This document shows, piece by piece, positions 34,301 to 46,700 of a stretch of 64,000 bases of DNA. Both the position numbers and the translations under genes were made by a program. The stretch's first letter is position 1; every line of letters starts with the position of its first letter. Origin of the DNA: Octopus sinensis (Eukaryota). The notes under the pieces were generated by a model. That model made no database searches. It saw only the letters and a program-made list of their open reading frames with translations, and was not told where the DNA came from. The stretch lies in assembly GCF_006345805.1 (NCBI RefSeq), contig NC_042997.1:110484001-110548000 (forward strand). Direction: 5' to 3'.

Positions 34301-37300
34301 CACGTTTCGGCTGATATACCCTCCAGCCTTCATCAGGTGTCTTGGGGAAATTTTGAACCTGGGTTCTCATTCCTAAGGTTTTTTTGATATTATTATTATT
34401 ATTATTATTATTCAGGTCACTGCCTGGAATCAAATTCAGAATCCCACATTCTTAACCACTACACCAGATGTCCATGGGCATAGAGATGAGAACCCAGGTT
34501 CGAAATTTCCCGAAGACACCTGATGAAGACTGGAGAGTATATCAGCCGAAGCATGTTAACAACAAACAAGATGAGGACAAATATCCTTCAAATGTAAATA
34601 ATTCCTCATCTCTTAAATATAGAACTGTATATAAAGAGCTTGTTTCAATTTCCATCCACCAAAATGCATTCCCAAGGTTATGGTCTGTTCACTGTTTTAG
34701 TAGAAGACACTTGCCCCACGTACCACATTAATAGATTCAAAATGGTTTACATGTGAGAATACATGTGCCAATGTACATGTGTAGAAAAAGTGTGACTGGG
34801 TCTGTGCCATGTAATGTCAGGGAGACCTTATAATTGCAGAAGAAACTCAACACCAGAGTTCTTTCATGCAGAGAACAAACAAAACCAAGACTTACCACAC
34901 GCTCAACAAATTCGTCATGGATGGATTCTTCAACGAATAACCGTCCAGCTGCGATGCAGTTCTCTCCTTTGTTAAAGAACACGCTGCCACATCCCTGAAA
35001 AAAAATGAAAGAATGAAGTCAATTATGTGGTAGAATAACAATAAAACATTTACTTGTTTCAGCCATTGGATTGTGGCCATGCTGGAGCACCACCTTAAAG
35101 AGTTTTCAGTCATACAAATTGACCCCAGGACTTATTTTTAAGTGCGGTGCTTATTCTATCAGTTACTTTTGCTGAAACACTAAGTTACTGGGCATATAAA
35201 CAAACCAACATTGGTTGTCAAATAATGGTGGGGGACAAACACAAAGGGCTTCCTCACAGTTTCCATCTACTAGATCCACTCAAAAGGCATTGGTTGGCCA
35301 GGGACTATAGTAAAAGACACTTGCCCGAGGTGTCACACAGTGACCACGTGGTTATAAAGCAAGCTTCTTAACCATGCTGCCAGACCAATTTTTTGTGGTA
35401 TAATAGAAAATGGAATTAGGGTTGAGTAAGATTCTGGTACTTCTAGAAAGGCTGACTGAAGCAAGAACTGTGATTTGTCATCACATTCCATAGACATTAC
35501 TATCATAAGGTCAAGTCTGTAAGGGGACCTCTAGGTGGGGAATCAATCTGGTAGAAATACTAGCTGTATAAAGGCGGGGGAGAGCTGGCAGAAATGTTAG
35601 TATGCCAGGCGAAATGCTTAGCAGTATTTCGTCTGCCGCTACGTTCTGAGTTCAACTTCCGCTGAGGTTGACTTTGCCTTTCATCTTTTCGGGGCCGATA
35701 AATTAAGTACCAGTTACGCACTGGGGTCAATGTAATCAACTTAAACCCATTGTCTGTCCTTGTTTGTCCCCTCTATGTTTAGCCCCTTGTAGGTAGTAAA
35801 GAAATAAGAAATAATAGCTGAATTTTCCTCAGTTCTCACCCTACTGCTGTCAAAAAGTGGAATGAATATATTTGAGAATACATTTTCATATAACTCTAAG
35901 ATGTTGGGATGGCCAGAGCTGTAATGTTTTTACTCAATTATAATTTTGCATGATCATGAGTGACCTAGGGCTAAACACAACAACTGCAGTTGGGATTGAA
36001 TTTAATGGCCAGTCAATTGATTAATGTGCACAAATTCAGTGAAAAGTAAATTTGCAGAGAGAGAGAGAGGGGGGAAGAAAAAGAAAGAAAAGAGGAAGGA
36101 AGGAAAAAAAGAAAGAATGAGATGTAGAAAGAAAAACAAGAAAGCAATGGTTGACCATTCTGGAATGCCAAAGCATTGCCAAAAGAGACAAAAAGATTGA
36201 GATCAGAGACAGAAGCGTTTATAAAATCAAACAATATTTACCATTCTGACCGCTTTGTCCATATCACAATCTGCAAATATAATGAGAGGAGATTTGCCAC
36301 CAAGTTCCAGAGAAACTTTCTTGACATTGCTTTTGGCACAACTGTAAACAATACAAAGAAAATCAATCAACCAATCGTTAGTTGTCTAATTTATTGAAGA
36401 GTTTCAAAAGCAAAAATGAATGGAATTCAAAGCAGTGAGGTCATATCAAGGAAATGGTATCATTATCCTCATTTTAACCATTCCATGCTTGCATAAATTG
36501 GTTGGAATATATTCAGGGACAGATTTCCTACAGTTGGATGCTCTTTCTGTCACCAACCCTCACCTGTTTCCAAGTGAGGTGATCTTTCCCCATAACCAGA
36601 CTCGTTTCCATAGAATATTGGAAATGAACGACACTGCTTATATGACAGTGATACTCTTTTACAGCAAGCACACAATGTTAAGACGAGGGGGCACAAACAT
36701 ACACACATGGCCACTTGATGTAGAAGAAATAACAGCCAAATCTTTCTAAAAGCACATCAAACCATCTTAGAAATAGGATTATCCTCCTCTTCCTGATCAT
36801 CATTTAATGTTTGTATTCATAAAAAGCACCGGGGTTGATGCTACATAAAAAGCAATGGTGCTGGTGCCATGTAAAAAGCACCCAGTACACTCTGTAGAAA
36901 TGGTTGGCATTAGGAAGGGCCTCTAGCTACAGGAACCATGCAAAAATACACACTGGAACCTGCTGTGGCTCCTGGCCTTACCAGCTCCTGTCAAACTGTT
37001 CAACCCATACCAGGATGGAAAAGGGGCGTTAAATGATGATGATGATGATGGATGATTTAGACAGTTTGATAAGAGTCGACCAGGCATAAGCCTGCACCAA
37101 ACTTCTGTGACTGTTTTGGCAGGATTTTTACAGCTGGATACCCTTCCAAATGCCAACCACTTCACAGTGTAGACTGGGTGCTTTTAAGTGGCACCTGCAC
37201 TGACAGGGTCACCAGGTAACTGCAAGACAAAAAAAATGTTTTGAGAGGGGAGGGGGCATTGGAGGAGGAGATCTTGTGTCAGATGATAAAAGGTTAGAGA

Positions 37301-40300
37301 GACAAAGAGAGACAGAAACAGGTGTGATGCTGTAGAGGAGGTACAATATTACCTGGCCAGAGAGTGAGAGATATCAGGAATGAGGATAGAAACAGGTGTA
37401 TTGCTGCAAAGGAGATACATGGTTACCCAACCTGAGGGAAGAGCAGGAAAAGGAGAGAAAGAGTGGGGGACATCAGGATAGAGATGATGGCAATGTGCCG
37501 GGCATACTCACAAGGAATGGGGATCAGAATATAAATGGAATGGTTGAGTAAAGGAAGAGAGAGATATAGATGGTGGCAAGTGCCAGAGCATACCTTTGAA
37601 GTTTGAAATGCCATAATATAAGTGGCAGAATATTGTGAAAGAAGCATGATTAAAGAGTAGGGAGGGAAAGTGATTGGTGAAAACCTGAGTATATATATAT
37701 AGAGAGAGAGAGTGGGGAGGGGCTATGATAGCCATGATACTGAGAAACAGGGCTGTGAGGACAGGATTGGGGAGTGAGAAGTGGGCGTAGGGTATGAAGG
37801 AGAAAATGTGAGGAAGAGATGTAGAGTGGGTGAAAAGTTTTCTTGCTACATGTGGGTGGAACACACATGTCGGGGGTTAGTGGATGGCAATGATACAGTG
37901 AGACAGGACCAGAGGACAGGATTGGGGAAGTGGAAATGTGAGGAAGTGAAGAGATGTAGATTGGTTTGTTGGGGTAGAGTGTATGAGAAGTTTTCTTGTT
38001 AAATGTGGGTGGGACACACAGTGCTTCTAGAACTCAGTTTTGCTGATGTGGGCGGGTCTTCTCCAGAACCTCATATTGCCAGACATCTCAGTCCACTGTC
38101 ATTTCCTCCATGAAGCTCAACATCTTGAGATCGGTCTTTACCACTTCATCCCATGTCTTCCTAGGTCTCCTTCTTTCACAGGTACCATCCACTTTCAGAG
38201 ATCAGCACTTCTTTATGCAGCTGTCCTCATTTATACATCTCCCATGTCCAAACCAACATAGTCTTCTCCTTTGCATCCTACATTTGATTCCTCTTATGCC
38301 CAACTTTTCTCTCAATACATTTGCACTTTATCATACATGCACACTGATGTTGCACATCCAATGGGGCACACTACCTTCATTTCTCCCCATTCCACACACG
38401 TCTTCTGCATTCAGAGCCCATGTCTCACTAGCATGGAGTATAGCTGTTTGCATGCAAACATCATACAGCCTACCTTTCACTCTTTGCTGAACAAAATACC
38501 TATCACCTTTCATTTGTCTTTATATCTTGAGTTCAATTTCCGGTGAGGTCAACTTTGCCTTTCATCCTTTTGGGGTCGATAAAATAAATACCAGTTATAT
38601 ACTGAGGTCAATGTAATCGCTTTATCCCCCATCCCTCCAAATTTCAGGCCTTGTGCCTATAGTGGAAAGGAACATTTCAAAACAGTTGTAAACACAAACC
38701 TTTCCATGATCGTCTTCCCAATTGGTGTGGATCCGGTGAAACCCAGTTTGCGAACGTCTCCGTGGTCTGAAAGAGCCTGGCCGACTACGGAACCTGTAAA
38801 ATAAGACAAGACATATTTAGATTCTTTTTCTATTTGTTGCTATGGGAGTTTAACACTTTTGTTGCTACATTCCTGCTGAAATACGAAGCCTTTCATCACC
38901 ATCATCATCATCGTCACCATTTAGACCACTTTCTGCAGCAAGTTCAAAACAAATCTATTGATATTTTTTTTTATATCTCTCACGCCATTTTGGCCACCCC
39001 ATTATCATCCCACTTTTCTTCAACACACCCCGCCCCGAATCTTTGCACTGCCCCCAGGGAGGCAATACCACCCACTTTGGGAACCACTGATTTAACAGGA
39101 TCTGATGGGCCTAAGGACAGGATTGTGCTACAGTGTCTGTTGTGGCAGGGTTTCTATGGCTGGATGCCCTTCCTATCATCAACCCCTTCACAACATGGAC
39201 TAGGGGCTTTTTTCATAGCACCAGCACAAGTGAGATTACCATACAACTCATAAGACTACTAACCCCGAGAAAAGCAGATTTATGCACGGACACTGGTTCA
39301 CAGCTGGGGTCCAATATGACCCTTGGAGGAGGTCCATACAAGATTTAGTAATCAAAATTTATTAGGCACAGGAGTGACTGTGTGGTAAGTAGCTTGCTTC
39401 CTAACCACATGGTTCTGGGTTCAGTCCCACGGCATGGTACCTTGGCCAAGTGCCTTCTATTATAGCTTCAGGCTGACCAAAATCTTGTGAGTGGATTTGG
39501 CAGATGGAAACTGATAGACATATATGTATGTATATATGTGTCTGTGTTTATGCCTTCACCATTGCTTGATAACTAACGTTAGTGTGGTTACGTCCCCATA
39601 ACTTAGCGGCTCGGCAAAAGAAACCGATAGAATAAGTATTAGGCTTACAAAGAACAAGACCTGGGGGCAATTTATTTGACTAAAAGGTGGTGCTCAAGCA
39701 TGGCCACAGCCAAATGAGTGACACAAGTAAGTGAGTAATAAAATACTTATACTTCCAAAATACGCAAAATATTCCAAATTTTCTTTATACGATCCCTAAT
39801 AATATTTAATTATAAAAAAATATAAAGGGGTTTTTTAAATACAGGGATCCAGTAGAGTATAATAGGAATAAAAAGGGGTCCATCAGCAAAAAATGACCAA
39901 GGATCAGTGTTCTAGGGGATAAAGAGTTGTAGTAAGAGAAAAGGGGCCAGAGTAGAATAGGTTTCTTGCTGTAGAGGGGCCAATGGTTACTAAACATTTT
40001 GGAAGAGTGGTGAGGAATTGGGTGGAGTGAGGTGGAGAGATAAAATTGGAAATTACATATGCAAATTATATCTCACCTGACCCAGGCAGGATGTTGATGA
40101 CTCCAGGTGGAAATCCAGCCTCAACTGTTAACTCGGCAAACTTCAAGGCAGTGAGTGGTGTTACCTAGGCAACAAATATAAAAATAAATACATATGTTTT
40201 TGCATGAATATAAGTGTGGTAATTCTGGTTCCTCCTCACATTTGTAGCACAAAACAAAAATCTCTACAGGTCACTCAACCAGCTAAAAATAACAGCCTCT

Positions 40301-40686
40301 TCAAATCACATCTTATTATTTTACCAAAAAAAAAAAAAGGGAGGGGGACAAAGAAATATGTTGTTCAAGATATACTGTGCCTGAGGGAGGATTGTATGGT
40401 CATAGCTGAAACACCTTTGATCACAGATCTGCTTGATTAGGGCTGAAAGGGGCCACACAACAAATAGTTTCTACAAAAGGTGTAGTAACACACACACACA
40501 CATATGTACACAAATATACACACTCACACATATACATGTGTGTGCATGTACACATACACACACATAAATATATGTATGTATATTTTCATCCAAAATGGAG
40601 ATGAGTATCAATATTTCCATGTGGTACACTTGAACAATTGTGAGGATCTCTTTGCATGAAACCATTGGTTGCCATGTTAATCCGCA

Positions 40687-40724
<38 letters not shown>

Positions 40725-43700
40725 TGCTGTGCTTGAGATATTATGCCAAGCCAAGTAAAAGCATGGTTGCCTTTGCATACAGGTTTGTCCCCTGCATCCC
40801 TCTCCAGCTAAGCATTCCTAATTTTGTGGGGTTGTGGGTGGGTGCTGGTGCCAGATAAAAAGCATCCGTACTGGTGCCATGTAAACGCACCTGTGCTAGT
40901 GCTATGTTTAAAGCACCCAGTACGTTCTGTAAAGTGGTTGGCATTAGGAAGAGCATCCAGCCATGGAAACCATGCCAAAGCAGACCAATGGAGCCGGGGC
41001 AGGTCTTCAGCCGACCAACTCCTCTCAGACCATTCCACCCATGCCAGCATGGAAAACAGATGTTAGATGATGATAATTGCTTTTATATGGAACTTGGTGG
41101 AGGGGCAGGTAAATGATGTGATGACAAGGCTGTTACCACTGCAGTAACACTGGGGCCTGTTATCATAACGGTGACGACACATTTGTAAGTGAAATCTAGC
41201 TTTTCCACAATCATATCATCATCATCATTGTTTAACATCCGCTTTCCATGCTAGCATGGGTTGGACAATTTTGACTGATGGCTGCACGAGGCTTCAATCT
41301 TGATCTGGCAGGGTTTATACAGCTGGATGTCCTTCCTAATGCCAACCACTCCGAGAGTGTAGTGGGTGCTTTTACGTGCCACCAGCAGATGTAATTACTG
41401 AATCAGTCTTAGATGCTAGACTTAACTCATCACTTTGGGGATCTTTAGTGACAGAGTCCACTTGGGCCAGGTACCCACTTCAGGAGACCTCCCCTCCCCC
41501 ACCCCCAATCTCAGACTTCCTGTACCCTGTTAGTGGGGTGGGCATCCAGTCATAGAAACCCTGCCATAACAGACACTGGAGCACAATCCTGTCCTTAGGC
41601 CCATCAGATTCTGTTAAACCAGTGGTTCCCAAAGTGGGCAGTATTGCCTCCTTGGGGGCAGTGCAAAGATTCAGGGCAGGATGCGTTGAAGAAAAGTGGG
41701 ATGATAATGGGGTGGCCAAAATGGCGTGAGAGATATAAAAAAAAAATCAATACATTTGTTTTGAATTTGCTGCAGAAAGGTGGTCTATATTTGTGGTGGG
41801 GAGGATGAGGGAGGCGCTAGGAACGTGGCGTGGGTGCCAAGGGGGATGGGCTGCAGTCCTTCCTGACTTAGAAATATAGAGAAAGAAAAAAAAAAGTTAT
41901 ATATTATGTAAGGTATTTTTTAATTAGTTATGATACGTGAGGCATTCGTTTGTTTAAAATGTAATTGAAAGGAAAAAACAGAAGCAGCCGATTCATTTCT
42001 CGCTTAAATAAATGAAATAATATTAGTCATTGAGATAGTGTTGTCTTTTCCTCGCCACATAATCATATCTATTTAGATTTTTCTCTGAGTAATGGACCTC
42101 AGCAATTTATTTTCTCATTTGGTATTTTTTGTGTAAAGTAAACGATGGAGATAATGATGAGATACACACACATGCATATATATCTGTGTGTATATATATA
42201 TATATTTATATACATACAAACACACCTACAAGTAAAGGCTTCTTTTAGTTATCATCTGTCAAATCTACTCGTAGGGTTTTAGTTAGCCCAGGACTGTAGT
42301 AGAAGAGTAACATCTAAGGTGCCACCCAATTGAAAGGAGCCCACAGGCACATGTGGCAAGAAATGTGAATATCTTAACCATACAGCTATGTCTGCACCTG
42401 CCTAGGTGTGTGTGTGTGTGTGTGTGGTGTGTGTGTGTGTGTGCGCCCTTGTCTAGATATCATGTGAGGGTTGTAAATGAGCATCACTCTCATACAAGGG
42501 GTGTTGTTCATTTCTGGTCTTCCAAGAAAAATATGTCTGACCTTGGAGAAATATTAGTTTACTTGAAAACAAGGTGAAGATTGGTGACAGGAAGAGCATC
42601 CAACTGTAGAAAATCTGCTGCAAAAAATTTTGTCTGACCCATACAAGCATGGAAAAGTAAACATTAAATGATGATGATGATTATCATTATTATTATTATT
42701 AAATAAATGAATCTTTGCACCTGAGCTGGTTTAAGTATGACTGTGTTCCCAGCAGCTAGACAAGCAGCCATCTTCCATGCCAACATCATAAGTGGGTAGT
42801 TCCAGGGTACAACAATTCCACAAACCCTTTTAGGGAGAGAAAGTAAAAGAAAGAAAGAAAGAGCTTTTATGCATTCAAATAGTGAAATAAATTTTAATTT
42901 TAGAAAAACATTTTAGGTAACAACAAAAAAAGAAGAAAAATTTCATCAGTGAGGAGAAAGGTGAAGAGAGGCAAAGAATGGGAAAGGTGGGCTAATGAGA
43001 AAGAGGAGTGGAAATGATAATTAGAATGCGGACACCTCAATGGAAGTGTTAAGGGATTTAGAAAGGTGTTGTGGGGAGAAGTGCACTCGGTTGAAAATGA
43101 AAAAAGGGTACCAACCAACTGTTTGTACAGCTTTCTCTCTCTCTGAAGCTGTCACATCTTCAATGGTTTTCTGGTTCAAAGGAGGAGGGTTGTGGGGTGG
43201 GAATGGGGTGACTATGGAAGTACCATAACCCTTTAGCATTTAAACCGGTCAAATCCGGCCCAGATATGCCCCTCCTGTTTTAAGTTCAAACTGGCCAGGC
43301 TTAACCTCTCATACATACCCTACAATGTTATCCTAAAAATAGACAATAGCATCATCGAAATCTCAAAGCTATGAGATAATACAGGGTTAATTCAAAACAA
43401 TACGAACGAATAAGCTTTACATTTGGCAGAGGAATTTGAACGCTAAAGGGTTAAACAATATGCTAAAGAATGGTATTACACTAGCAAGTCATATTCATTT
43501 GTAGTGACATCTGTATTCATTTGAGGGGGGGCGTGTGTGCACATGCACATCGTGTGTCTGTACACAACTGGGTCCTGTGTCCAATTTATCCCTATGGCGA
43601 GAATGGATGAAGATAGTTGTGTGAAAAAGTGCCACACCCTAGCGGTTGAGGGAACCTGTGGAAGAGGCAAACCCAGGAAAACCTGGGACGAGGTGGTGAA

Positions 43701-46700
43701 GCACGACCTTCGAACTTTAGGTCTCACTGAGGAAATGACTAGAGACCGAGACCTCTGGAAGTGTGCTGTGCGCGAGAAGACCCGGCAGGTCAAGTGAGTC
43801 CACAACCCGTGGCCTTCTACATGGGATGGAGCCAGCCTACGTATGCATACCTTCCCTTCTTGGGACACAAAACTCTACTTGTGAAGACGTGTTGAGGCAA
43901 GTGAGGATCAGAATCGAAATCGATCAATGGAAATTGCGGATGTGCTACCAGTGCCGGTGGCATGTCGAAACTCTGCTTGTGAAGACCCATTGAGGCAAGT
44001 GAGGATCAGAATCGAAATCGATCAATGGAAATTGCAGATGTGTTACCAGTGCCGGTGGCATGTAAGAGAACTTTCCGTTTCGCGACCGTTGCCAGCACCG
44101 CCCCGTTTCGTGTCCGTTGCCAGCCTCGCCTGGCCCTCGTGCCGGTGGCACATAAAAAGCACCATCCGTTCGTGGCCGTTTGCCAGCTCTGTCTGGCACC
44201 AGTGCGGGTGGCACGTAAAAAGCACCCACTACACTCACGGAGTGGTTGGCGTTAGGAAGGGCATCCAGCCGTAGAAACACTGCCAGATTTGACTGGGCCT
44301 GATGAAGCCTTCTGGCTTCACAGACCCCAGTAGAACCGTCCAACCCATGCTAGCATGGAAAACGGACGCTAAATGATGATGAAGCCTTTCCCACTATCTC
44401 ATCTTCCTACTATTTATCCCTTCATCACTCTTCTAACTACTGCATTATTTTGCTGCTGTAATTAAATGAGAGCAGGACTACATATTTCATCTCCTTTCTA
44501 TGCCACCAGTTACCTCTCCCTCTCCTTGGAACCACTTCCATCTGACATCTGTCCCACATTCTCAATATCATCCTTCCCCACTCTTGTTTCACATTGATCA
44601 CCCTTTCTTGTACCCCCAGATACCTCTCCCTCTCCTTGGAACCACTTCCATCTGACATCCATCCCACATTCTCAATATCATCCGTCCCACACTTGTTTCA
44701 CATTGATCACCCTTTCCTGTAACCAGATACCTCTCCCTCTCCTTGGAACCACTTCCATCTGACATTCATCCCACATTCTCAATATCATCTCACCCCACTC
44801 TTGATAGGCTTTAATCCAAGAGATTCCTTAATCCAGGAGAAAGCTAAAGAAAGGTTTAGTCTTGACCTGATAATTTTAGACATGACCTGACCTCTTTAGA
44901 TGTGACCTGGTCTCTTTAGATTAGTAATTAACACAAGAATTACTTACCCAATAGGTTCCCTTTTTGTGTAGGTGAGATTTTTATTTGGCCGTGCATTGTT
45001 TATAGGAATGGTCTTGCCCTGAAACAGAGATACAAATGTTTCCAAAAGAATTTAATGGAAATTCCAGTCAGTTATTCTGTTATTCCAGGAATAATGTTTA
45101 TTATATGCTTTCATATACAGAACAGCAATTATTCAATATCAATTCATTTTTAAGATTAATTTTATTGGCTTAAAGAGAAAAGAGATGGAAGTTGTGACAT
45201 TCATGGTCCTCCCATGGACATTATTAAGATATATGAAACAATAATAATTCCTAATTTATTTTGTGGGGAGGTGGAGGTAGGTTTCGTTGTAGGCAAAGAC
45301 ACACAACCGATACCCCTCGCATCTTCCTTAGTTCATTTGATTTTCAATAGGTACCATGGGGTGGTAAAGAATTTACCACAAAAAGGAACTGGAATAATGA
45401 GTGAGTGTATGGCTGAATCCATCCCCAGTTACCATTTTGACTTCTAGATGGTTCAGCTTCAAGAGGCTGGCATATTCTAAATATTCTACTCAAAGACAAA
45501 GTCTTTAACAATGCTTCTCTTTTGAACCAAATGGCACACACCTCATATTCAGAAATGATTCTTTGCAATCCCTCAACCAGCTAGAAATAACAGTCAAATC
45601 TCCTTTAAATCACACTCTCTCCCTTATTCATTCTAAAATAGAAAAGGGAGCCTGTAAGTCTAAGAGATTAATGACAATCTTACTTAGAACTAGAAAATAA
45701 TGATTGAGGATTGACAGGACAATGCTTAAATACATGAATATTAAAGCATTGTAAAAGAAAAACTTGGTCACCTCACTAGGGCTGGTGCCATGAGAAAAGT
45801 GCCCAGTATATTTTGTAAAGTGGTTGGCATTGGAGAGGGCACCCAACTGTTGATGTCCTGCCAAAGCAGACACTGGGGCCCAATGCAGTCTTTTGGCTTG
45901 TTGGATTCTGTCAAACTGTCCATCTTGTGCCAACATGGAAGATGGGCATTAAATGATGGTGATGATAATGATGATAATAATCATCATTATCATCATTTAA
46001 TATCCACTTTCCATGCTAGCATGGGTTGGACGATTTGACTGAGGTCTGGCAAACCAGATGGCTGTACCAGGCTCCAATCTGATCTGGAAGAGTTTCTACA
46101 GCTGGATGCCCTTCTTAACACCAACCACTCCAAGAGTATAGTGGGTGCTTTTACATGCCACCGGCATGAGGGCCAGTCAGGCGGTACTGGCAATGGTCAT
46201 GCTCAAATGGTGTTTTTTACAAGCCACCTGCACAGAAGCCAGTCCAGCGGCACTGGCAATGACCTCACTCGAAGGATATATCTAATAAAAAAAAAAGATG
46301 GAATGGTCCTGTCTTGGATCATAGGTTTCCTTAAAGAGGACTGGCCTGGGGTTAAACAACAATAACAGAAATTTTAAAAAGTGTGTTACCCACCTGGATC
46401 TTGTCACACCAACCAGCAAAATACCTGAAGGTATCTATAGACATACCAATGTGGGTCTTTAGCGCAAGGGTGTAGACTGCTCCAGCATCAATACTCTCGA
46501 TTGTAGCAAGTTCTTCACGATGTTTATCCATCAGATCAGCCAACCTGAAAACACAGAAGACTGTGCAGTTCAGTTTCCATTTTCTAAACAGACACACAGT
46601 CGAGTACATCTCCCTCGTCTAAGATGGTGCTGCTGTTACACATACAGACCTCCTAGAGCAGTGCTACTCAAAGTGATGGTCCATGGACCAGTGCCGGTCC

